A stretch of DNA of 13,729 bases from Octopus sinensis. Its lineage: Eukaryota. Of the stretch, positions 1 to 9,997 are shown piece by piece; the stretch's first letter is position 1, and each line of letters starts with the position of its first letter. A program made the translations under genes and the position numbers. The stretch lies in the NCBI RefSeq assembly GCF_006345805.1, contig NW_021826067.1:1-13729 (forward strand), written 5' to 3'. A model generated the notes under the pieces. It saw only the letters and a program-made list of their open reading frames with translations, did no database searches and had not been told where the DNA came from.

Positions 1-466
1 AAGTGAACTATGACAAGAAGTACATAGCTATCAACATGCGTATGTGTGTTTGTGTTTGCGTACGCGTAAATATATTAATTCACGTGTGTTAATGTATGCG
101 TTGAAATGTCTATGAATATAGTCATGTATTTATGTCATTATAGTCTTGCAAGGAAATATATTGTTGTTTCATGTTAGAGAAAATACGCATATGTATTATA
201 TTTTCTTTCTTTGTTCTTGTCATTTCTGCCAATGAGTCTGGGATGGAATGGCAGATTCAAGGCCCATTAATTATTGTTATGCTTTCCGTAACTTGTGCGG
301 ACAAGAGGAAAGAATTTCCATCGAATCGGACACGTGGCATGAATGTTTGCAACAGATATAAACTTCGGTGAAAGTGCTAAAGGTTCCAGATGTGGAGTTA
401 GATCGGGTAAGGGGTTCACTCAGAAAGTAAGAATCGGAAGTAATACCACTATAATCGAACAATACC

Positions 467-696
467 TATTTCTTTATTACCCACAAGGGGCTAAACACAG
501 AGGGGACAAACAAGGACAGACATAGGTATTAAGTCGATTACATCGACCCCAGTGCGTAACTGGTACTTAATTTATCGACCCCGAAAGGATGAAAGGCAAA
601 GTCGACCTCGGCGGAATTTGAACTCACAACGTAACGGCAGACGAAATCCCGCTAAGCATTTCGCCCGGTGTGCTAACGTTTCTGCCAGCTCGCTGC
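467..696 (-). mobile_element. tRNA-derived SINE, family A (octopod OR-type), near full length
   Basis: The minus strand reads GCAGCGAGCTGGCAGAAACGTTAGCA (A-box-like head), then GAGTTCAAATTCC (B box), then a central GCCTTTCATCCTTTCGGGGTCGATAAATTAAGTACCAG...CTGGGGTCGATG domain, ending in an A-rich tail (AATAAAGAAATA). The central domain recurs at 12338-12383. Confidence 0.85.
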
Positions 697-1049
697 GTTC
701 GTCGTCCGTGATGAGTATTTTGTTTGATCTACCCTGAAAAATAATATATATATATATATATAATTTAGATTCAGTTGAATTAGGTACTTCAATTGAGTCA
801 CCTTGTTAGGACGAACTTATTTGCTCACGCAGACAATATTATTAGGTATCATATGCATCTTTGTTACTCATTTGTCAGCCTGTTCTTTTATATATGTACA
901 ACGGATGGGCTCGAAGTCGGTCAGCATATAACCGTAACAAGCTTTAATGACACTGTTAATTTGTCAACAATTATCTGCAATTTCTCACTGAAGACTTACA
1001 AACTAACAAATTTTATTTAAGATTAATGATATTAGTATTGTGGTTCAGT

Positions 1050-1094
1050 ATACATACATTACATACATACACACACATACATACATACGTATAT

Positions 1095-1126
<32 letters not shown>
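1050..1126. repeat. Compound (TACA)n/(TA)n microsatellite
   Basis: Directly visible. Confidence 0.95.
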
Positions 1127-1131
1127 CGCAT

Positions 1132-1170
1132 GTCTTCTGTAGAAGAGCGTAGGCTCGAAACGTAAAAGAC
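1132..1170 (+). ncRNA. Minimal type-I hammerhead ribozyme-like motif (degenerate)
   Basis: GTCTT-CTGTAGA-A-GAGC(GTAG)GCTC-GAAA-CGT-A-AAAGAC: stem I GTCTT/AAGAC with one bulge, perfect 4-bp stem II, palindromic ACGT stem III. The core has A6 changed to U relative to CUGANGA. Confidence 0.6.
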
Positions 1171-1258
1171 TTTTTCTATTCCTGGGCGTTATACTAATAC
1201 ATCTGTTTGTTTTGTACACCACATCTCTTCATCTTTTGTTTTTTTCGTAAACTTCCCT
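1132..1258 (+). mobile_element. Penelope-like element terminal (pseudo-LTR) fragment
   Basis: Hammerhead-like motif followed by a T-rich tail of about 90 nt ending in (TA)n. The tail is homologous to the minus strand of 1545-1640 (shared TTCCTG.GCGT...TAATAC...CCACATC...TCTTTTGTTTT). Confidence 0.65.
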
Positions 1259-1273
1259 ATATATATATATATA

Positions 1274-1325
<52 letters not shown>

Positions 1326-1368
1326 GTGTGTGGTGTGTGTGTGTTGTGTGTGGTGTGTGTGTGTGTGT
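1258..1368. repeat. (TA)n followed by imperfect (GT)n
   Basis: Directly visible. Confidence 0.95.
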
Positions 1369-1480
1369 AAAGTTGTAAGGAACCGCACGAGTGAAAATAT
1401 ATATGAAAGAAAGTTTGAGAATGCAAAGGTCTTTTAGAAATGTTTTTGAAAAGAATATCAGAAGTAAAATGTAAAGCTTT

Positions 1481-1498
1481 GTATATATATATATATAT

Positions 1499-1532
<34 letters not shown>

Positions 1533-1544
1533 ATATATATATAT
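1481..1544. repeat. (TA)n microsatellite
   Basis: Directly visible. Confidence 0.95.
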
Positions 1545-1755
1545 CAAGTTAATCCAAACAAGAAAACAAAAGACAACAACGCAGGGATGTGGAACAATAA
1601 AGTATTATTGGACGCTCAGGAACAAGGGAAGAAGGAGGGGTTTTGACGTTTCGATCGAGCTCTTCGTCGGAATCATAGGAGAAAGAAAGATCCCAAGACG
1701 GGGAACAGAGGAAAAAAAATTGCAGGTAGTATTCACGAGGTCACATACTAAAAAG
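1545..1755 (-). mobile_element. Penelope-like element terminal fragment with hammerhead-like motif
   Basis: The minus strand at 1641-1674 reads GATT-CCGACGA-A-GAGCTCGATC-GAAA-CGT-C-AAAA. The downstream T-rich tail is homologous to 1171-1258. Both sides are flanked by (TA)n. Confidence 0.65.
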
Positions 1756-1960
<205 letters not shown>

Positions 1961-2211
1961 ATCTATCTATATGAACTGCATATATATTTACATGAGACTA
2001 CTGGTGCTGTGTTGCTGTTTCTGTTGTGTAGACAAGTCTCGTGACAAGATCGTGTTTTTGTTCTCTTTATGTGATACAAGATAAAGAAATGCATGGATTG
2101 TGATATAACGACACTATGACGACATAAACACTGACATACAATACACACACGCGCGCGCACAAACATACACACTCACATTTATATATTTGCATATATATAC
2201 AAGTATATATA

Positions 2212-2242
<31 letters not shown>

Positions 2243-2465
2243 CTATATATATAATAAGAGACTTCCAAATAGGAAAGCGTTGTGCTAGAACACATATATA
2301 AGTGAGTGTGTGTATGTGTATGAATGTATGTAGGTAGGTATCTATTTATGTATGGGTATATATGTGTGTATGCGTATATGTATACATATTTCTATGTACA
2401 CATAGGCACGTATATTTGTATCCGATCTTACACTACATCTTTCCAGTTAACTATCGTTCAGCTCA

Positions 2466-2471
2466 TCTCTT

Positions 2472-2511
<40 letters not shown>

Positions 2512-2567
2512 CCCCTCTCTCTCTCTCTCTCTCTGTTCCCCTCTCTCTCTCTCTCTCTCTTTCTCTC
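2466..2567. repeat. (CT)n microsatellite with a duplicated CTGTTCCCC interruption (26-bp period)
   Basis: CTGTTCCCC occurs at 2507 and 2533. Confidence 0.95.
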
Positions 2568-2692
2568 CGTGTGCGCGCACCGCCCCTATACCTCGCCTAC
2601 CCAGCTTCTGTATTCCACATTATTTCTTCTCTGCCCGATGTCAGGTGTACTCTTGCAGACAGCACTTTCGACTGCTGCAATGTGATGTACGG

Positions 2693-2782
2693 CATACACA
2701 CACGCACGCGTACACACTCTCGCGCAGACACAGACAGACACATGCACACTTAGGCACATACACACATGCACACACACACCAC

Positions 2783-2825
<43 letters not shown>

Positions 2826-2985
2826 GCACAAACACACAGACACACCTACTTACGCACACGTTCGCATGTACACACTCGCACACAACCACGTATATACACG
2901 CACACACATACACAGTCACATACAGAGACGCATACACAAGCATATACACATCTACAATCATTTCTGCAGGCACACACACACACAC

Positions 2986-3017
<32 letters not shown>

Positions 3018-3660
3018 CACACGCACACACACATGCACACGCACACACACACGCACACACACACATAACGCACACATACACACACACGCACACACACGCA
3101 CACGCACACACACACACGCACACACACACGCACACACACACAGCGCACACACACACACTCACACACACACACACACACGCACACACACATGCACACGCAC
3201 ACACACACGCACACACACACATAACGCACACATACACACACACGCACGCACACGCACGCACACACACGCACACACACACGCACACACACACACGCACACA
3301 CACACACTCACACACACACACACACGCACACACACACGCACACACACGCATACACATGTATACAATGCTGCATTCATGCACCACGTTCACACACAATCAC
3401 GCGTACACACAAACACATACACATGCGCATACGTACATGCATTCACTGGTGCGGACACACACATGCACACACGCATGCTGACACTTACCCACGCTCACAC
3501 ACTAATACCCACACACAAACACGGATACACATACATATATACAAACACGCACGCATATACGCTAACTTGTACGGACACACGCACACATACAAGCACATAA
3601 GCATACACACACTAATACACACACACACACATACACACACACGCACACGCACACATACAT
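2693..3660. repeat. Degenerate (CA)n/(CACG)n array of about 1 kb with an internal higher-order duplication of about 156 bp
   Basis: Diagnostic interruptions CATGC (3032, 3188), CATAACG (3064, 3220) and ACTC (3157, 3306) recur in register. Confidence 0.9.
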
Positions 3661-3687
3661 TCGCTGAAAATGTCTTATTAGCTCATA

Positions 3688-3852
3688 GGTGCAGGAGTGG
3701 CTGTGTGGTAAGTAACTTGCTTACCAACCACATGGTTCCGGGTTCAGTCCCACTGTGTAGCACCTTGGGCAAGTGTATTCTACTATAGCCTTGGGCTGAC
3801 CAGAGCCTGGAGTGATTTGGTAGGACGGAAACTGAAAGAAGCCCGTCGTATA
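3688..3852 (+). mobile_element. tRNA-derived SINE family B, 5' half only
   Basis: GGTGCAGGAGTGGCTGTGTGGTAAG...GGTTCAGTCCC...TTGGGCAAGTG...GAAAGAAGCCCGTCG; closely similar to 6174, 8101 and 11472. Confidence 0.9.
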
Positions 3853-3908
3853 TTATGTAGTATGTATGTATATATATATATGCACACACACGCACGCACG
3901 CACACACA

Positions 3909-3947
<39 letters not shown>

Positions 3948-4188
3948 CCACATAACCGTCTACATAAATAAATATGCGAAGATACTGAAATGAGTGTTTA
4001 TATTAAATACACGCCTACATATATACACACTTACATACACATGTAAGCAGTCATTCAGCGCACCATCAGCCTATACCAATATATTGTTTGCTCCTTCTCG
4101 ATAAGGTCCGGTTTCCCGGTTTCCTTGGCGTATGCACACATACCTACATATTATGTTTATATGTATGTGTGTGTGTGTGTGTGTATGT

Positions 4189-4467
4189 GAAGGCGTACAG
4201 TTCAGTGGTAAGAACGTCGGGGTTACAAATACGAGTTTGTGAGTTAGATTCCCGGGCCGAGCTGTATGTTGTGTTTTTGAGCAAGACACTTTACTTCACG
4301 TTGCTCCAGTTCACTCAGTTGCGATGTTCTCTTGGATAACATCGGTGGCGTGGAGAGTGGGGAGGCTGCTATGTATGGGTGACTGCTGGTCTCCCATAAT
4401 CAACCTTGCTCGGACGAGAACTTTCTAGATGCAATCCCATGGTAATTCGTGACCGAAGGGCCTCTTT
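4189..4467 (+). mobile_element. tRNA-derived SINE family C (CORE-like centre)
   Basis: Degenerate A and B boxes (AGTTCAGTGG; GAGTTAGATTCC). The segment TTGAGCAAGACACTTTACTTCACGTTGCTCCAG is shared with family D, but the 3' part differs. Confidence 0.8.
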
Positions 4468-4474
4468 ACTAAAA

Positions 4475-4493
4475 ACACACGCGCACACACACA

Positions 4494-4552
<59 letters not shown>

Positions 4553-4600
4553 CACACACACACACACATACACACACACACACATTCACACACACACACA
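4475..4600. repeat. (CA)n microsatellite
   Basis: Directly visible. Confidence 0.95.
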
Positions 4601-4742
4601 TTAAAGCGTAGAACGAGGATTTTCCACAGCTCTTCACCTCTGCTACTTAACATCTCTCTTGCGACGCCATCTTTTCCGTCTTCTGTCTCCCATTTTCTGT
4701 TTTCCATTTCACAGACAACAGGTAACTCTTCTTGCAACGTTC

Positions 4743-4912
4743 GTTGCTGTAGAAAGCTTTGTATACCTCTTCCACCTCCCCTTTGTCTGTCACCATGCAT
4801 CCATCGTTGTTCTTACGCGTCAACCTATGTAGTGGCCAGTTCTCTCTCACATCTTTATAGGTTTCTCATCCGTGCAGCCTGCAACTGTTTGTTTAGTCTA
4901 TAATTCTCGAAG
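4743..4912 (-). pseudogene. Inverted fragment of an RTE-clade LINE ORF (endonuclease-RT linker)
   Basis: The minus strand translates to FENYRLNKQLQAARMRNL*RCERELA, then after a frameshift LTRKNNDGCMVTDKGEVEEVYKAFYSN. This resembles the RTE linker (AAE.RKSLKKC.RELA...DG...TD..EME.....FY). Confidence 0.65.
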
Positions 4913-6120
4913 ACATTTCCGATCTAAAGGAGAGTAAAAGATCCTCACTGTCATAAGAAGGGTGATGAAAACCTATCGCCCCATATATCACTTGTTTCAC
5001 CTCTATAAACTGTTTGCAAAGCCCATAGTACGAATGAACACAAGCATTTTGTGTGTATCGTTTTTGTTGAATATGAAAAGTCTTTTGATATCGTCGAGAT
5101 GAACGCAGTGTTGAAATCCCTAGAAATACCAAGTGTCGAGACCCAATACTTCAAACTGCCCAGAGATTCGAACTCTGGGTGCACAACAGATATAGATCTG
5201 CTTTTAGTACAAGTAAGTTTTCCAACTGAGAAGGGTGCCAAGTAAGGAGATACCATCTCCCAAGCGCTCTTTGCCGCATGTCTAGAAATGGTTATTAGGG
5301 ACAGTGACCAGAAAAGAGGTGTGAACATTAATGACAAGCAACTAACACCACCACCCATTCTTAGATGAATTTGTATTCATTGCTGAAACCACAGACTGGC
5401 TGCAGATCATGCTAACAGAGCTGGACACTCATAGCTTAGCCTTAGGTCCTAAAATGATCTGTATGGAAGCAAAATATATGTGGCCGGAAGATGCAATACA
5501 AGGCCGCATAGAGGTGGAAAACGATGAAATCAGGAGGTAAAGGAGTACGTTTGCTTAGGGCACGCAGTAAATATGTGCCGACGTAAGGAAGCTGAAAACC
5601 CAAAAAGAATAAGGTAGAATGGAAGGCATTCATCCTCAATAAAGGATGTGCACAAACGTAGATAGACATTACCATAAATGCCAGACTCTTCGATAGCACT
5701 GTCCTACCTGCACTCATATACACAAGTGAGACGTGGGCGTCTACGAAGAGGGAACAACAGCGATTGGCTAGGGTGCAAAGGGCCATGGAAAGGTCTTTAC
5801 TAGGATTATCATTACGAGGGCATATTTGAGATAGCTCGGGAACGGAGTGGATTGAGCGATGTGATCGCAAAACATCGAAAGCACAAGTTCTGCTGAGCCA
5901 AACATGTCATAAGGCTCACAGATAACAGCTGGATCCACTCAGTTGCCGAGTGGTATCCAAGAGATCGGAAAAGCCCACTTGGAGGGCGTCCACGGTGATA
6001 GGAAGACAATTAAATCAATTTAGGTCAAGATGGAAAATAATGACGCAACCAAGACGGAACTGGAAGGACATGTGTGACCAGTCGAGTGCAACGGCATCGG
6101 AGAGTCTCGTCGATTCTCTG
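4906..6120 (+). pseudogene. Decayed RTE-clade non-LTR retrotransposon: RT domain, C-terminus and 3' end
   Basis: Frameshifted motifs occur in the expected order: HKKGD..YRPI..LYKLFAK; CIVFVEYEKSFD; KGAK*GDTIS (QGD with CAA changed to TAA at 5243); FLDE in place of FADD (5358-5369); EYVCLG; FDSTVLPALIYTSETW; HVIRLTDNSW...EWYPRDRKSPLGGRP. There are multiple stops and an internal deletion. Confidence 0.92.

Positions 6121-6131
<11 letters not shown>

Positions 6132-6172
<41 letters not shown>
6132..6172. repeat. (GT)n microsatellite at the LINE 3' end
   Basis: Directly visible. Confidence 0.95.
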
Positions 6173-6173
<1 letters not shown>

Positions 6174-6174
<1 letters not shown>

Positions 6175-6595
6175 GCGCAGGAGTGGCTGTGTGGTAAGTA
6201 GCTTGCTTACCAACCAATGGTTCCGGTTCATTCCCACTACGTGGCACCTTGGGCAGTGTCTCTTCTGCTGTAGCCTCGGGCAGACCAAAGCCTTGTGGAG
6301 TGGATTTGGTAGACGGAAACTGAAAGAAGCCCGTCGTATATATGTATGTATTATGTATGTAATATATATATAATATATATTATATATATAGTATAATATT
6401 ATAATATCTATATCTGTATGTATCTTGTGTGTGTTTACGTGGTCCCCGTAACCTAGCGGTGTTTACCGTCCCCGTAACTTAGCGGTTCGGCAAAAGTGAC
6501 CGATAGAATAAGTACTAGGCTTACAAAGAATAAGTCCTGCGGTGCTCCAGCATGGCCGCAGTCAAATGACTGAAACAAGTAAAAGAGTAAAAGAG
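6174..6595 (+). mobile_element. SINE family B, full bipartite copy with internal microsatellite
   Basis: 5' half 6174-6337; (TA)/(TG) spacer 6338-6430; 3' half GTGTTTAC..CCCCGTAACTTAGCGG...GACTGAAACAAGTAAAAGAG with a tandem duplication of about 27 bp and a deletion relative to the 11472 copy. Confidence 0.9.
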
Positions 6596-6623
6596 AAAAA
6601 AAAGAGTATATATTATATATATA

Positions 6624-6895
6624 GGAGCACTCCGTCGGTTGCGACGACGTGGGTCCCAGCTGATCTGATCAACAGAACAGCCTGCTCATGAAATTAACGT
6701 GTATGTGGCTGAGCACTCTACAGACACTTCTACCCTTAACGTAGTTCTCAGGGAGATTCAGCGTGGCACAGAGTGTGACAAGGCTGGCCCTTTGAAATAC
6801 AAGTACCACTCACTTTTGCCAGCTGAGTGGACTGGAACAACGTCAAAATAAAGTGTCTTGCTCAAGGGCACAACATGAATTGAACACCGGGAATC
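6624..6895 (-). mobile_element. SINE family D, 5'-truncated or rearranged head
   Basis: The reverse complement aligns to 12553-12890 from the B-box remnant GATTCCCGG through the 3' end CCGACGGAGTGC. Confidence 0.9.
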
Positions 6896-7175
6896 ACCGG
6901 ATATTAAACCCTATTGAACACCTTTGGGATATTATGGAGAGGACAATTCATAAAAATAAGAAAGCATCTTCAAAGCCAGCTCTTGAGATTACCGTGTGAA
7001 ACTTAGCAAGAAATTCTGCAAGAGAATATTTGTCATATGATTGGTAACAAGCACGATGTCTACTAATTATCAAATATTAACATTATAAAAATTAATAAAT
7101 AATTTGAACGTATAATTTCAGATTTAGAGAAATTTTAATGATTATAAATGTCCTTATTTACTTCTGTCATGTGTG
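6894..7175 (+). pseudogene. Tc1/mariner transposase C-terminal remnant and probable right end
   Basis: TCA CCG GAT (+1 nt) TTA AAC CCT ATT GAA CAC CTT TGG GAT = SPD-LNPIEHLWD, the Tc1 motif around the third catalytic residue. It is followed by ARCLLIIK, an AT-rich UTR and a TIR-like end TGTCCTTATTTACTTCTGTCATGTG. Confidence 0.8.
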
Positions 7176-7480
7176 TGTGTGTCTGCGTGTATACATATAT
7201 AAAAATAAATATACATAAATATATGTATGTATGCACGTATTATGTATGCATGTATGTATGTATGTGTATATCTGTACATGTATGTGTGTGCGTGTATATA
7301 AGTATACTAAAATAAAATAGATAAATATCTATATGCATACGTGTGTTCGTCAGTGCGTGCCTCTGTGCGTGTATGTGTGTGTGTATGTGTTTGTTTGAGT
7401 AAAACCAGCGTATAATTTTTCTCTCATTCGCTCCCTCACACTCTCCACCACCCCCTCTCTCTCTTTCTCTCTCTCTCTCT
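7170..7480. repeat. Mixed (TG)n/(TATG)n/(CT)n low-complexity tract
   Basis: Directly visible. Confidence 0.8.
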
Positions 7481-7684
7481 AGAAATTTGCGTTGGGAATC
7501 TCCCATGATGTCATAAAAATACTAAAGCAGATCCGGAACAGTCTGCTTCAATTGCTTAAATATGACAATTTATTAGTCAGTGTTTATTAATGCCGGGTTT
7601 TCTTCAATGCTTAACAACTTGCAGCAGCGAACAATTGTAACACTTCCTGCATTAAACATGTGAGTGAACGCGTTTTACATCCGT

Positions 7685-7736
7685 GTTTGTGAGTGCATGT
7701 GTGTGTGTGTGTGTGAATCGATGTCTATGTGCGCGA

Positions 7737-7784
<48 letters not shown>

Positions 7785-8054
7785 TGTGTGTCTGTATGTG
7801 TCTGTGCGTGTATTTGTCTATGATTTTGCATGCTTACAGAATGGGAACAAGTAGATATTCGCAGATACATACGCACGAATACTCAAGCAGGCACGCATAC
7901 TAACACACATACACACACACACACAAGCGCGCGCAGACAAACAGATTCCTATAAATACAATAAACTGACATATTTGCCTATCTATATATTAGTCTGCGTG
8001 TATGCATATATGCGTGTGTGAGTGTGTGTATGTGTGTATAGGTGTGTGAATGTT

Positions 8055-8090
<36 letters not shown>

Positions 8091-8100
8091 ATATATAATA
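7685..8100. repeat. Mixed (TG)n/(CA)n/(TA)n low-complexity tract
   Basis: Directly visible. Confidence 0.85.
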
Positions 8101-8360
8101 GGCGCAGGAGGGGCTGTGTGGTAAGTAGCAGTTGCTTACCAACCACATGGTTCCGGGTTCAGTCCCACTGCGTGGCATCTTGGGCAAGTGTTTCTGCTAT
8201 AGCCTCGGGGGCCGACCAATGCCTTGTGAGTGGATTTGGTAGACGGAAACTGAAAGAAGCCTGTCGTATATATGTATATATATATATGTCTGTGTGTGCA
8301 TATGCTTGTGTGTCTGTGTTTGTCCCCTCTAGCATTGCTTGACAACACCGATGCTGGTGT

Positions 8361-8364
<4 letters not shown>
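8101..8364 (+). mobile_element. SINE family B, 5' half plus start of 3' half, truncated in (TA)n
   Basis: GGCGCAGGAGGGGCTGTGTGG...GGGTTCAGTCCC...AAGCCTGTCG, a short spacer, then CTTGACAAC..ATGCTGGTGTGTTTA. Confidence 0.9.
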
Positions 8365-8406
<42 letters not shown>

Positions 8407-8491
8407 TACTAATATAGGATGAAGTTTTATTACAGAAAAAATTTCATCAAAAAAGTGGCAGCATATTAAAATACCTTTAAAGTTTAAAATG

Positions 8492-8795
8492 ATAGACAAC
8501 TTATAAACAAGGGCAAAAGAAAATTATTTTTTATGCCAATATGCAGATAACAGACTTTTAAATCGTCAATTTCCACATATTATATACCCCCTACAGAAAT
8601 ACGTTGTGCTGAAATCGAGGAAAGCTAGCCAACAGAGCTTTTAAAAAAAAATTCTGTTGGCTAGCTTTCCTCGATTTCAGCACAACGTATTTCTGTAGTG
8701 GGTATGTAATAATATGTAGAAATTGACGATTTAAAAGTCTGTTATCAGCATATTGGCATAGAAAAATTTTCTTTTGCCCTTGTTTACAAGTTGTT

Positions 8796-8798
<3 letters not shown>
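8492..8798. repeat. Long inverted repeat (arms of about 145 bp, loop of about 16 nt); probable fold-back/MITE-type element
   Basis: 8492-8636 is the reverse complement of 8653-8798. The inner 46 bp (8591-8636 with 8653-8698) are perfect, and the outer part has a few mismatches and indels. Confidence 0.92.
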
Positions 8799-8834
<36 letters not shown>

Positions 8835-8851
8835 TATATAATATATATATA

Positions 8852-8885
<34 letters not shown>

Positions 8886-8899
8886 TCCTATAATATACA

Positions 8900-8939
<40 letters not shown>

Positions 8940-8966
8940 TATCATACTATATATATATATATACAG

Positions 8967-9018
<52 letters not shown>

Positions 9019-9045
9019 CATGTATATAATATACACACACGCACA

Positions 9046-9102
<57 letters not shown>
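8797..9102. repeat. (TA)n-dominated tract of about 300 bp
   Basis: Directly visible. Confidence 0.95.
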
Positions 9103-9106
<4 letters not shown>

Positions 9107-9257
9107 GGGGGAGTAAGAAAAATAAACAAAAATGCACCATTGGAAATTTTAAAAAAGTAAAGGCTTTTTACGAAAAATAACGAAAGATATATACAATTAG
9201 ATGAACTGAGATAGGAATTAAAGTAATAAAAGTCATTATTGCGAATTGTTGAAGAGA

Positions 9258-9300
9258 TTCAAGCATACCGGTTTCGTAAGTTACTAATCATTGCTTTGAA
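9258..9300 (-). ncRNA. Minimal type-I hammerhead ribozyme-like motif (degenerate core)
   Basis: Minus strand: TTCAAAGCA-ATGATTA-GTAACTTAC-GAAA-CCGG-TA-TGCTTGAA. Stem I has 8 bp with one bulge, stem III is the palindromic ACCGGT, and the cleavage triplet is GUA. C3 is changed to A and G8 to U. Confidence 0.65.
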
Positions 9301-9480
9301 TACAACTATTCATTGCTTTGAACGCACAACGATTAATGAGAAAAAAAGATTACTTGTAAGGGAGGTAAGTTGTTCTGGATTTGGTGCAATTAAGTTAGAT
9401 ATAGAATTGTAAAGTGAATGGTGTAAGGGATTATGGGGTCAGTGGTATTAATTGAAAGGTTAGTAGTGTTCTGTATGATG

Positions 9481-9868
9481 TTATGGGTTCATATTTAGTT
9501 GGAGAAGATATTTATTGATGAAAGTTGCCTCTTTATTCATTCTTTGTTGCATTGAGGTGTTCTGTGAACATTGATAGAAGGGGAAAATTAGGAAATTAGG
9601 ATTAAGATTCCTAGCACACCTTTCTATGTGTTCACTAACTTCTAACTGTCTGTATTGTGGGTGGCGGATTTGTTCTTTGTGGATGGTGGTTCTTCGACGG
9701 AGTGATAATCTTGTTTTGGCCAATATAGTTGTTACCACATGCTAAGCATGTCATGGCATAGATTAGATTTTCCGAGGCACAGGTGAAATTTGATTTGATC
9801 TTAGATATTTCACCTTGTTTAAAGTGGAATTCTGAACCCTCCAAATAGTGGCTAAGTGGAGATTCCAT
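9481..9868 (-). pseudogene. Penelope GIY-YIG endonuclease domain with a single +1 frameshift
   Basis: Joining ORFs 9635..9868 and 9481..9738 by removing one base from the T4 run at 9714-9717 gives ...KSNFTCASENLIYAMTCLACGNNYIGQTRLSLRRRTTIHKEQ...VSEHIERC...RMNKEATFINKYLLQLN, with LIY/YIG, CxxC, two His, and the conserved Arg, Glu and Asn. Confidence 0.93.
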
Positions 9869-9955
9869 CGTACCTAAAATCCTGGACTTCTCACGAGCGA
9901 AGGTACTACAATCGGATGCAGTTTAAAGTCATACTGAGAACATATATATGCACGT

Positions 9956-9997
9956 ACACCAACAAGCTAATGACACCAACAAGCTAATGACATCAAC
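9956..9997. repeat. 17-bp tandem repeat, 2.5 copies (ACACCAACAAGCTAATG)
   Basis: Directly visible. Confidence 0.9.

Larger units (their letters stand above)
9103..9868 (-). mobile_element. 5'-truncated Penelope-like retroelement (GIY-YIG endonuclease, 3' UTR, hammerhead motif, T-rich tail)
   Basis: GIY-YIG coding region 9868-9481, hammerhead-like motif 9300-9258, and a T-rich terminus ending at (TA)n. Confidence 0.9.

Noticed and set aside
171-462. Short ORFs and a possible acceptor in the unique sequence at the window start
   Set aside because: No recognisable protein motif and no convincing splice-site pair.
2324-3788. Long His/Thr-rich and Cys/Val-rich ORFs (up to 385 aa)
   Set aside because: These are translations of (CA)n/(TG)n, which lack stop codons in all frames. 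The same applies to the similar ORFs at 1013-1646, 4369-4903, 7240-9140 and 11858-12337.
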